The position numbers and the translations under genes are program-made. Shown here in pieces: positions 55,703 through 64,000 of a stretch of 64,000 nucleotides of DNA (positions are counted from its first letter, which is position 1; each line of letters begins with the position of its first letter). Below the pieces are notes generated by a model. That model had not been told where the DNA came from. It ran no database searches and was given only the letters and a program-made list of their open reading frames with translations. Origin of the DNA: Alphaproteobacteria bacterium UBA6324 (GTDB lineage: Bacteria; Pseudomonadota; Alphaproteobacteria; CAAGCB01; CAG-977); assembly GCA_002439085.1 (NCBI GenBank), contig DJSW01000029.1:70114-134113 (forward strand). The letters are read 5' to 3'.

Positions 55703-57573
55703 CATTTCAAAGCGTCAAAGATCTGCTTGGCCAGCGTCGGGCTGATCCCATCGACTTTGGCGATTTCGTCGGCGCTGACGGCTTTGATCGCGCGCACGGA
55801 TCCGAAATGCTGCAGCAACGCTTTTTTGCGCTTTGCCCCGATCCCCGCGATGCCGTCCAAAGCCGACACCAGCGTGTCGTTGCGCCGTTTGATCCGGTGC
55901 GTGCCGATCGCGAAACGGTGCGCTTCGTCGCGCAGACGCTGGATATAGTGCAACAGCGGATTGTCGAATTCCAAATGCAGCGGCGGCCGGTCGGCGAAAT
56001 GCAGCGTTTCCTTGCCCGCGTTGCGGTCAACGCCTTTGGCCACGCCGACGGCGACGACATCGGGGACGTTCAGTTCTTTCAGCACTTCCAACGCCACGCG
56101 CAGCTGAATTTCGCCGCCGTCAATGAACACGACATCCGGCAGATTGTGTTCCGCCAACCCGCGTTTGAACCGGCGGGTCAGCACTTCGCGCATCATGCCG
56201 AAATCGTCGCCGGGGGTGAACGTGTCCCACGAAATGTTGAATTTGCGGTACGATTTCTTGTCAAACCCGTCGGGCGTCGCGACCACCATCGCACCGACCG
56301 CGCTTGTCCCCTGAATATGGCTGTTGTCGTAGGTTTCGACGCGTTCGATCGGGTGGTTGATGTGCAACAGTTCGCGCAACTCCTCCAGCAATTCGGCGCG
56401 CGCCGCCCCCTCGCACCGGCGGCGGATCAACGCCTCTTTCGCGTTCATCAAAGCACGATCGACCAACCGTTTGCGATTGCCGCGCGCGTTGTCCGTCAGC
56501 TTGACGGCCGCCCCCGATTTCGCGCCGAACGCCTGCGCGACGACATCGGCGTCGGGCAGCGCCGTTGACAGCAGAATTTCCCGCGGCGGCGTGTGCGTCA
56601 TATAAAACTGGCCGAGGAAAGCCTGCAAAACTTCGCCGTCCGTCCGCCCCGACGTTTGCGCCGGAAACGCCGCGAAATTGCCGCAACTGCGCCCGCCGCG
56701 GTAAAAAAACACCTGCACGCAGCTTTGTTCCTTGTCCGTATAAATCGCCGCGACATCGCAATCGGCGATGCCGTCCAAATCGCTGCTTTGCATTTGAATC
56801 TGGTTCAGGGCGCGGATGCGGTCGCGCAAAACGGCCGCCTGTTCGTAACGCATTTCCGCGCTGGCCTGTTCCATTTGGACGGCCAGCCGTTCCTGCACCT
56901 TGGTGCTTTTGTTGCGCATAAAGGCGCACGCTTCGTCAACCAACCGCATATAATCCTCGCGCGCGATCATACCGGCGCAGGGCGCGCAGCACCGTTTGAT
57001 CTGATGCAGCAGGCACGGGCGCGTGCGGTGGTAAAAAACGTTGTCGGTGCAGGATCGCAGCAAAAACACCTTTTGCAAAACGGCCAGCGTTTCGTTCACC
57101 GCCAGAACCGATGCGAAGGGCCCGAAATATTCGCCCTTTTTCGTCCGCGCGCCGCGGTGTTTCATCACCTGCGGCCATTCGTCACGCGTCGTGATCAGAA
57201 TGTGCGGGAACGTTTTGTCGTCTTTCAACAGGATGTTGTAATAGGGCTTCAACCGTTTGATCAGGTCGTTTTCCAACAGGAACGCTTCGGCCTCGGTCGT
57301 CGTTTCGATGATTTCGATCCGGTCGATCTGGGAAATCATGCGCTGGATGCGCATACACGTCCGTTCGGGATGCGCGTAGTTTTCCAAACGCCGGCGCAAG
57401 ACTTTGGCCTTGCCGACGTACAGGACTTTTCCGGCCGCGTCCAGCATCCGGTAAACCCCCGGCCGTTCCGGAAAAAACCGCAAATGCGCCGCGACATACG
57501 CCGCCCCTGTCAGTTTTGGCGCGGATTCGTTTGATTCGTCGGCCTGAAAAACGGCTGTTTTTTCATCTATCAT
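55702..57573 (-). CDS. uvrC: Excinuclease ABC subunit C
   Basis: The GIY-YIG N-terminus is present (GVYRMLDAAGKVLYVGKAKVLRRR), along with the UvrBC-interaction domain, the RNase H-like endonuclease domain and the HhH2 C-terminus. Confidence 0.9.
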   Translation of the reverse strand: MIDEKTAVFQADESNESAPKLTGAAYVAAHLRFFPERPGVYRMLDAAGKVLYVGKAKVLRRRLENYAHPERTCMRIQRMISQIDRIEIIETTTEAEAFLLENDLIKRLKPYYNILLKDDKTFPHILITTRDEWPQVMKHRGARTKKGEYFGPFASVLAVNETLAVLQKVFLLRSCTDNVFYHRTRPCLLHQIKRCCAPCAGMIAREDYMRLVDEACAFMRNKSTKVQERLAVQMEQASAEMRYEQAAVLRDRIRALNQIQMQSSDLDGIADCDVAAIYTDKEQSCVQVFFYRGGRSCGNFAAFPAQTSGRTDGEVLQAFLGQFYMTHTPPREILLSTALPDADVVAQAFGAKSGAAVKLTDNARGNRKRLVDRALMNAKEALIRRRCEGAARAELLEELRELLHINHPIERVETYDNSHIQGTSAVGAMVVATPDGFDKKSYRKFNISWDTFTPGDDFGMMREVLTRRFKRGLAEHNLPDVVFIDGGEIQLRVALEVLKELNVPDVVAVGVAKGVDRNAGKETLHFADRPPLHLEFDNPLLHYIQRLRDEAHRFAIGTHRIKRRNDTLVSALDGIAGIGAKRKKALLQHFGSVRAIKAVSADEIAKVDGISPTLAKQIFDALK

Positions 57574-57911
57574 ATTGAATTAAAACCTTTTTTCGCAAAT
57601 CCTAAACAAATTATGAAGTTTTCCCCAAACCTGTGGATAACTCTGTGCAAAGTCTGATTTTATCCCCCTTGACCAAAGGGTTTCCCTAGCTTTTCATCAC
57701 ATTGCCTATTTTATAGGCAAAACCCGTAACATATTGATAATTTGTAATTTTTTATAATCAAGTATTATTTTTAATTTTTTTTCATAACTTTTTCTTGATT
57801 TATTTTTCCGGTTGGAATAGCCGCGTCCTCCTGTGGATAAGTTGTGCGTAAAACGGATGACTCGTTGACAGGCAAGGGCTACGGGAAAAAAGGGAAGACA
57901 GACTCGACTTT
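57574..57911. promoter_or_regulatory. AT-rich intergenic region with two perfect DnaA boxes (TGTGGATAA at 57632-57640 and 57832-57840), a 19-bp palindrome (57702-57720) and an A/T tract of about 90 bp
   Basis: Seen directly. The region is the uvrC upstream region and the downstream region of the SDR-fusion gene. See findings. Confidence 0.4.
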
Positions 57912-59747
57912 TCACTTCCTTTTTTCGGCGTCCAAATGCAGCACCTGCCCCGATACGACCGGCGTTTGCGCCATAAAACAAACGGCGTCGGCCACACGGC
58001 GGACGCCGTCGGCGTCCCCGATCTTTTCCGGAAAATCGACGCCGTTGACGCGCACGTTGTCCCGCAACGTCCGCGCCGCCATTTCGATCAATCCGCCGAT
58101 TCCCGACAAACTGAACGCATTGACGGACAATTCGTCGGCCGGACGCGGAAACACCGCCAAAAAACAGCCGTTTTTCCCTTTCGGCAAAGCCTTGGCGAAC
58201 GAACGCAGCAAAATGAACGGCGCGCGCGCGTTGACGGCCGAACATTCGTCCCACCCCTGCGGATTTTCGCCGGCGGCCGCGACGGTCGCGCAACTGACCA
58301 ACAGATCCGGCGCGCCATACGTTTTCGTCACAGATTCGACCAGATCGGCCGTTTCGTCATAGGATGCGAAATCCGCGCGGAAATAGGCCGCCTTGACCTG
58401 ATACGTCCGGCGCAATTCCTCGACCAACCGCGCGGCGTCGGCCGCGGCGGTATGGCAATGCACGATCACGTTGTACCCTTTCGCCGCCAACACGCGGGCG
58501 ACTTCCGCCCCGATTTTGTGCGCGCCGCCCGTGACCAGCGCGGTTTTCGCCCCGCCCTTAAGCTGCGGTTTTTGTTCGGGTTCGACCGCGGCGGCGACGG
58601 GACGCGTCAAAAACGACGGCAGTTCATCCTGCGGTTCGGCGGGAGTGAACAGCCCCTCCGTCAACGGTTTGACCGCGGCGGGCTGTTTGACCGACGGCAG
58701 TCCCGTCAGCAACGGCACAGGCAAAACACTGTCGGACAGAATGTCCGATTCGCCGGATTGGACGATTTCGCCCGATGCCGTTTGGTACGTCACGGAAACG
58801 GGGCTTTTGGCCGGTGCGGAGGCTTCCGTCCTGATTTTCACACAGGACAGCAACGCTTCATACACCGCGGGCGTCCCCTCGCCCGTCAGCGTCAAAACAT
58901 TTCCGGCCGTTTCGATCGAAAACACCGTTCCGACGGCGGGCAGGCTTTTTTGCCCCTCAAATCCGTCCAGATACAGCGTATCCTCAAACTCGTCCGGAAT
59001 CCGGACGGTCGCGGATGATATCGTTTGATCCGGCACGGGCAAAGCCGCGTTCACGATCCGGTTGCGCGTCAACGCCTGAAAATTCCGTTCCCCGATTTGC
59101 AGGTTCAGCGTGATTTCCGGTTTTTCGGGATGCGCCGCATCCGTCAGGAAATTCAGCGCGACCGAAGCGTTTTCCTCTTGCGGCGCCAGCAAAAAACGGT
59201 GCGATGCGTCCGGATTCATTTCGGGGTGCAGACCGTATCCGAAGCTGTGGAAAACGCGGCCTTTGACCACATGAATGCGGCCGCTGTTGGATTGCCAGAC
59301 CGGCACGGGCGCGGGCGTTCCGGAATCGGCCGGCGTCGCCTGTTCAACCGTTTCGCCGTTTTTTTGCCAAACGATTTCGCCCTGTTCCAAAACGGGCGCG
59401 GCGTCCGGTTCCTCCGGCCGTTTCAAAAACAGCCAAAACCCGTTGCGCCCCGCCGCGGCGTCATTGAACCACGCGGCGTCCCTGTTCAGCGTGTTGCCGT
59501 TTTCGACGACGAAAAAGACGGGCGTTTTTCCGGTCAGCCTGTTGCCCAAAAACACCGAACTGACATTCGGAATCAGTGTGTCGCCGACGTTCGGGAACAA
59601 AATCCTGATATCGTGAAACGCGCCCGCGTCCAACGTGTAAAACCCGACCATGTGGCCGTTCGACCGCGCTTGGGCAAAAGTGACCTTGACGGGCGCGCCG
59701 TCGTTCACGCGCAACAAAGAGGCATCCGGAAAAACAGTTTTACGCAC
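57912..59747 (-). CDS. Two-domain protein: novel N-terminal domain of about 370 aa fused to a C-terminal short-chain dehydrogenase/reductase (SDR)
   Basis: The C-terminal Rossmann motif is present (KTALVTGGAHKIGAEVARVLAAKGYNV). I recognise no family for the N-terminal domain. Confidence 0.5.
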   Translation of the reverse strand: MRKTVFPDASLLRVNDGAPVKVTFAQARSNGHMVGFYTLDAGAFHDIRILFPNVGDTLIPNVSSVFLGNRLTGKTPVFFVVENGNTLNRDAAWFNDAAAGRNGFWLFLKRPEEPDAAPVLEQGEIVWQKNGETVEQATPADSGTPAPVPVWQSNSGRIHVVKGRVFHSFGYGLHPEMNPDASHRFLLAPQEENASVALNFLTDAAHPEKPEITLNLQIGERNFQALTRNRIVNAALPVPDQTISSATVRIPDEFEDTLYLDGFEGQKSLPAVGTVFSIETAGNVLTLTGEGTPAVYEALLSCVKIRTEASAPAKSPVSVTYQTASGEIVQSGESDILSDSVLPVPLLTGLPSVKQPAAVKPLTEGLFTPAEPQDELPSFLTRPVAAAVEPEQKPQLKGGAKTALVTGGAHKIGAEVARVLAAKGYNVIVHCHTAAADAARLVEELRRTYQVKAAYFRADFASYDETADLVESVTKTYGAPDLLVSCATVAAAGENPQGWDECSAVNARAPFILLRSFAKALPKGKNGCFLAVFPRPADELSVNAFSLSGIGGLIEMAARTLRDNVRVNGVDFPEKIGDADGVRRVADAVCFMAQTPVVSGQVLHLDAEKRK

Positions 59748-59762
59748 GACCGCCCCCGCCGT

Positions 59763-60503
59763 TTATTTGCGCATCGGACGGGTCGGCAGAAAACGCCGGA
59801 ACAGCACCGTAACGCCCGCGTACCACGGGAAATAGCGGATTTTAAACCCTTTTCCCGCGTATTGATAACACGCGGCGGCGCAGGCCTGCGGATTGATCGG
59901 GCGTTGGAAAAACGATTTTTTGCGTTCGCCGACCGTGTCCCAATCGTCCGTTTTCACCGTCGTCACGGCGACATGGCTTTGCGCCATCTGCGCCTGAAAA
60001 CCCTGCAGCCAAACGTGCAAAGCGGCCTTTGTCGAACCGAACGCGTAGTTGTCTGGCATCCCGAATTCCCCCGCCGTCGAACCCATGACGATGATTTCGC
60101 CGCACGCCTGTTTTTGCAAAACGGGCGCAACCGCCGACAGAAAATAAACCTGAGAGAAATAGTTGATTTGGAACATATTTTTAATTTTGCCCAAATCCTT
60201 GCCGCATTCCTTTTGCGAATACGCCGTTTCCAGCGACGAAAACACGCTGATGATGTTTTTCGCCGCGGATTCGCATTGTTCCACCACTTTGGAAAAAGAA
60301 TCCGGATTGGCCGTGTCCAGCGCGATCGTCACGACATCCACGTCGGGATAGCGCGCGCGAACGTCCTGCGCGGCCAAAGTCAAATCCTCGCCTTCGCGTC
60401 CCAGCATGATGACATCGTTGCCGTCCTTTGCCGCCTCGCGGGCGAAAGCGCGGCCGATCACCCCCGACGCCCCCAATACAATCCACGTGCGTTTATTGTT
60501 CAT
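59763..60503 (-). CDS. SDR-family oxidoreductase, DprE2-like (2-keto-sugar reductase partner of an FAD oxidase)
   Basis: An atypical TGxxGxxG N-terminus (IVLGASGVIGRAF) and YGSTKAAL (YxxxK) are present. The 246-aa length and the 11-nt overlap with the upstream FAD oxidase mirror the DprE1/DprE2 arrangement. Confidence 0.55.
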   Translation of the reverse strand: MNNKRTWIVLGASGVIGRAFAREAAKDGNDVIMLGREGEDLTLAAQDVRARYPDVDVVTIALDTANPDSFSKVVEQCESAAKNIISVFSSLETAYSQKECGKDLGKIKNMFQINYFSQVYFLSAVAPVLQKQACGEIIVMGSTAGEFGMPDNYAFGSTKAALHVWLQGFQAQMAQSHVAVTTVKTDDWDTVGERKKSFFQRPINPQACAAACYQYAGKGFKIRYFPWYAGVTVLFRRFLPTRPMRK

Positions 60504-61827
60504 CTTTCCTCTCTTTCGCGAACAGGCGGCGTCCGAAATCCGAATCGAACTTTTTCTGCGGATCGTACAAATCCCGCGCCTGAATGAATTTTTCCAGTTG
60601 CTGCTTGTACATCAAAACCAGATTGCGCGGTTCCATCAACGCATCGTCCTGCACCGACACACGGCCGTTGTGTTCGCCGACAACCGTGATCAGATGTTTC
60701 AGGAAATCCTCCAACCCTTTGCGGCGGATGAAATCCATGCTGATCGTGTACCCGCGCAAAGCCGACCCCAGATACGACAGGTCGTCCTGTTTTGTCAGCA
60801 CCAAAACCGCGCGGCACGCGCCGATTCGGGATTGCGACAATTCGGTCAGAATGCGGCGGATCGCCTGCGGCCCTTCGGCTTCGGAAAACGAAGCCTGCAG
60901 CTGATAAACGCCCCTTTGCGAAAACACGCGGATGTTGTCCAGCGGATACAGGAACGATTCGTATTTTTCCACGCGCTTCCCGTCCTTTGACGCGAAACGG
61001 TAGCGCAAATTTTTCACAAACGGCATTGACGCCAGATGCAGCGCGAAATGAGGCAGGGGCAACCGGAATTTCGGCAATGAAAACAACGGCACGGAAACCG
61101 GTTCGTCGGTAAAAGACGCCGATGTCAGAACGGCGCGTCCCACGGCGTCCGCGCGCGCGGCCGTGTCAATCCACACCGAACAGAAATCGGCGTTTTTGCG
61201 AACGGATTTCAGCGATTCCATCAATTCGTTCAAATTGGCGACTCGGCGGCGTTCAACCAGAACGTTTTCCTGCGGCCGTTTCGCCAACGTAATGGAAATC
61301 AGAACGATCGCGCCGACCAATCCCTGTCCGCCGACGACGGCGCGGAACAGATCCGCGTTTTCCTTCGGGCTGGCGCGTTTGATCGAACCGTCGCCCAACA
61401 CGACATCAATCCAATTGACCGATTTCGCCAAAGACGTTTTTTGATGCCCGTTCACGCCCACGATGTTGGCGGCGATCGCCCCGCCCAGCGTGTGGCGTCC
61501 CGACCCCGTCGCCGTGGCCAGCATGAACCCGCGCGGAGCGTACAGCTCCGTAATCGTGTGCAGGGTCACCCCCGGTTCGCAGACCAACTCGCCCGTTTTT
61601 TCATCAAACGACCGCACGCAATCCAACCGTCCCGACATCATCACGGCGCCGTCCGTGTTGATCGCCTGATCGGCGTAGCTGCTACCCGATCCGCGCATAA
61701 TGACGCCGTTGTGTCCGACCTGTTCCAAATATTTTGGAACATCCGCGACACGATCCGGCCGGCAAACCTGCGAAACGGCCGAATTTGTGCGGCCGCGGCC
61801 GCGCAGTTTCATTTCATACCAGTGCAT
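60493..61827 (-). CDS. FAD-linked oxidase (PCMH-type FAD-binding domain), DprE1-like
   Basis: The ATG at 61827 has a GGAG Shine-Dalgarno 9 nt upstream. The N-terminal blocks RGSGSSYADQAIN and TGSGRHTLGGAIAANIVGVNGHQ correspond in pattern and spacing to DprE1 ([33 protein letters not shown]) as I recall it. Confidence 0.6.
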   Translation of the reverse strand: MHWYEMKLRGRGRTNSAVSQVCRPDRVADVPKYLEQVGHNGVIMRGSGSSYADQAINTDGAVMMSGRLDCVRSFDEKTGELVCEPGVTLHTITELYAPRGFMLATATGSGRHTLGGAIAANIVGVNGHQKTSLAKSVNWIDVVLGDGSIKRASPKENADLFRAVVGGQGLVGAIVLISITLAKRPQENVLVERRRVANLNELMESLKSVRKNADFCSVWIDTAARADAVGRAVLTSASFTDEPVSVPLFSLPKFRLPLPHFALHLASMPFVKNLRYRFASKDGKRVEKYESFLYPLDNIRVFSQRGVYQLQASFSEAEGPQAIRRILTELSQSRIGACRAVLVLTKQDDLSYLGSALRGYTISMDFIRRKGLEDFLKHLITVVGEHNGRVSVQDDALMEPRNLVLMYKQQLEKFIQARDLYDPQKKFDSDFGRRLFAKERKDEQ

Positions 61828-61908
61828 AGTACGCAACTCCTTGTCAAATCAAGCAGTAGTGTACCCGAATTTTAAACGGAAATGAAGAGGTTTAAACGTT
61901 AAAAACGA

Positions 61909-62931
61909 CTACGGCCGGACGCTGTCCAGATACGATTTCAAATCGGCCGCCAGCGATTTTTCCGGCCGCCCGCCCCAAATGCGGATGATTTCCGCCGCGG
62001 ACAACGCCGCCAGCTTGCCGGCCGCGGGCAGGCTGAACCCCTGCGCCAAACCGTACAGGAAACCGCCCGCGAACGCGTCGCCCGCGCCCGTGCTGTCAAC
62101 AATGGACTGGTGGTTTTCGGACGCGACGGTTGCCACGCCTTCGTCGGAAAAGATGCACGCGCCTTTCGATCCGCGGGTCATGGCCAGAATCTGCCCCCTG
62201 TCCGCCAGAACGTCCATAAAAGCGGTGATATCCGTCGTTTCGCGGTCGATGTCGAAACAGCCGCGGATCTCGCGTTCGTTGCCGATCAGAATGTCGGCCT
62301 GCGTGCGGATGGTTTCGATGACCTCTTGCACGGCGACGGCGCGGAAATTCAAATCGTGCATATTGAAAGCGACCCTGACGCCCGCGTCTTTCGCGGTTTT
62401 CAACGCCAGAGAAACGGCCGAACGGGCGCGGCGGGAAACCAACATCTGCCCGTCGATGAACAGGATGCGCGAATTACGGATTGTTTCAACGTCAATGTCG
62501 GCGTCGTCGATTTCCTCGCACACGCCGAAATTGAACGCAAACGTGCGGTCGTGATCCGGCGTCACCAACACCAGACATCTGGCCGTCGCGCGATCGATGT
62601 CGCGGTCGAATTGCACCAGAGGAACACAGGATTTGACGCCGTCCTTGTCGAAAGCGGCCTTGAAATTCTCGCCCGTCGTGTCGTTGCACGCCTTGCCGAT
62701 GAAAGCCGCCCTGCCGCCCAGCGACGCGACCGTCGCGACGGCGTTCGCCACCGTTCCGCCGGGGATGACGCGGGAATCCAGCAGGTTTTTGCGGATTTCG
62801 CGCAAAACGGAAATGGGCAGGACGTTGCCCTGTCCCTTGGTCAAAGAATAATGTTCCAGAAAATCTTCCGTAACATTTGCCACGACATCGACAAATGCGG
62901 TTCCGATCGCGGTCACGTCAAAATTGCTCAT
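61909..62931 (-). CDS. PfkB-family carbohydrate/nucleoside kinase (ribokinase/adenosine-kinase-like)
   Basis: The PfkB signature 2 is present (DSTGAGDAFAGGFLYGL), as is the N-terminal GG dipeptide motif region. Confidence 0.75.
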   Translation of the reverse strand: MSNFDVTAIGTAFVDVVANVTEDFLEHYSLTKGQGNVLPISVLREIRKNLLDSRVIPGGTVANAVATVASLGGRAAFIGKACNDTTGENFKAAFDKDGVKSCVPLVQFDRDIDRATARCLVLVTPDHDRTFAFNFGVCEEIDDADIDVETIRNSRILFIDGQMLVSRRARSAVSLALKTAKDAGVRVAFNMHDLNFRAVAVQEVIETIRTQADILIGNEREIRGCFDIDRETTDITAFMDVLADRGQILAMTRGSKGACIFSDEGVATVASENHQSIVDSTGAGDAFAGGFLYGLAQGFSLPAAGKLAALSAAEIIRIWGGRPEKSLAADLKSYLDSVRP

Positions 62932-63037
62932 AAGGAAACTCCGTTTTGATTCGCGTTATCGGGATTCCGTTATATCGGCTGACACGTCAAAAGGCGAGTC
63001 AAAAATACACAAAAAAGCGTGCGGCTTTTCCGTCCCC

Positions 63038-64000
63038 TTACAACAGGGTCAGCTCCTCTTCCGCGGATTCTTTCCCTTTCGGCGACGGCGCGGGGCGGCA
63101 CACCAGCGTCAGCTTGCCGTTTTTGGCCGTCAACGTCGCCGTTCCGCCGTTTTTCAGGTTGCCGAACAGGATTTCGTCCGCCAACGGCTTTTCGACGTTT
63201 TCCCGTATCACGCGCGCCAACGGCCGCGCCCCGTTTTTCGGATCGAACCCTTTGTCGATCAGCCATTCGCGCGCCGAAAAATTGACCGCCAATTCGATTT
63301 TCCGCCCCGCCAGCCGCGATTCCAGCTGGGAAACGAATTTGTCCGCGACCCGCCCCATGATTTCGCGGTTCAGCCGTTCAAACGGCACGATCGCGTCCAA
63401 ACGGTTGCGGAATTCCGGCGTGAACAGGCGTTCGATCGCCTCTTTGTCTTCGCCCGTGCGTTCCGCGCGCCCGAACCCCATGGCGGGTTTGGCCATGTCC
63501 GCCGCGCCCGCGTTCGTCGTCATGATCAGGATGATGTTGGAAAAGTCGATTTTCCGGCCGTTGGAATCCGTCAGTTTTCCGTAATCCATCACCTGCAGCA
63601 AAACGTTGAACAGGTCGGGATGTGCCTTTTCGATTTCATCCAGCAGCAGCACGGCGTAAGGGTTGCGGTCAACCGCGTCGGTCAGCAGCCCGCCCTGATC
63701 GAAACCGACGTACCCCGGCGGCGCGCCGACCAATCGGGACACCGAATGTTTTTCCATATATTCGGACATATCGAATCGCAACAGCTCGACGCCCAGCGTT
63801 TTGGCCAGCTGGCGGGCGACTTCGGTTTTGCCGACGCCCGTCGGCCCCGAAAACAGATACGACCCGACCGGTTTTTCCGGATCGCGTAGCCCCGCGCGCG
63901 CCGTTTTCACACCGGAAACCAGCGTTTCGATCGCCTTGTTCTGCCCGAAAACGGTCAGCTTCAAATCGCGTTCCAGCGACCGCAAAGCCTCGACATCGTC
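63038..64000 (-). CDS. clpA: ATP-dependent Clp protease ATP-binding subunit ClpA, C-terminal part (gene continues beyond the window end)
   Basis: The AAA+ D2 module is present (GPTGVGKTEVARQLAKTLGVELLRFDMSEY...GYVGFDQGGLLTDAV...LLLDEIEKAHPDLFNVLLQVMD). It is near-collinear with the second half of E. coli ClpA. Confidence 0.85.
   Translation of the reverse strand, partial: DDVEALRSLERDLKLTVFGQNKAIETLVSGVKTARAGLRDPEKPVGSYLFSGPTGVGKTEVARQLAKTLGVELLRFDMSEYMEKHSVSRLVGAPPGYVGFDQGGLLTDAVDRNPYAVLLLDEIEKAHPDLFNVLLQVMDYGKLTDSNGRKIDFSNIILIMTTNAGAADMAKPAMGFGRAERTGEDKEAIERLFTPEFRNRLDAIVPFERLNREIMGRVADKFVSQLESRLAGRKIELAVNFSAREWLIDKGFDPKNGARPLARVIRENVEKPLADEILFGNLKNGGTATLTAKNGKLTLVCRPAPSPKGKESAEEELTLL

Noticed and set aside
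1-64000. Search for CRISPR arrays, IS elements/transposases, integrases, rRNA genes and sigma-54 promoters (TGGCAC-N5-TTGC)
   Set aside because: I saw no regularly spaced direct repeats, no transposase or integrase motifs (DDE, or tyrosine recombinase R..H..R..Y), no rRNA-like conserved stretches, and no convincing -24/-12 element by eye. Their absence is noted, not proven.

Overview
This is a high-GC (roughly 60-65% by eye) chromosomal segment that looks alphaproteobacterial, judged from the conserved kdsD-lptC-lptA-lptB-rpoN-hpf-ptsN block, flaF, and the ftsY/thrS-infC/secA/uvrC housekeeping genes. Genes are densely packed and frequently overlap by 1 or 4 nt. I identified about 55 CDSs, two tRNAs (tRNA-Ala(CGC) and tRNA-Leu(CAG), both on the minus strand), several rho-independent and bidirectional terminators, and two sigma70-like promoters. 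I found no rRNA, CRISPR array, transposase or integrase. Long ORFs lying antisense to real genes are treated as high-GC frame artefacts. The places I would look at again are these. (1) An ftsY-coupled operon encodes a roughly 935-aa polytopic membrane (transporter-like) domain fused to HEAT repeats, followed by a stand-alone cyclic-nucleotide-binding protein. (2) An overlapping two-gene module pairs a small acidic protein with an LRAT-like (permuted NlpC/P60, His...Cys) enzyme. (3) A DprE1-like FAD oxidase, a DprE2-like SDR, a novel-domain::SDR fusion and a PfkB kinase form a cluster that points to polyprenyl-phospho-sugar epimerisation in a Gram-negative. (4) A single strongly AT-rich (foreign-looking) LtaS/OpgB-family gene sits between ptsN and tRNA-Ala and overlaps the ptsN stop codon. 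(5) An AT-rich intergenic region upstream of uvrC carries two perfect DnaA boxes exactly 200 bp apart. (6) A GH114-like hydrolase lies convergent with an MBOAT/DHHW (AlgI/AlgJ-like) glycan O-acetylation pair. (7) infC appears to start at a non-AUG (AUA) codon behind a perfect Shine-Dalgarno sequence. All product calls come from motif and architecture recognition by eye. No database searches were run.
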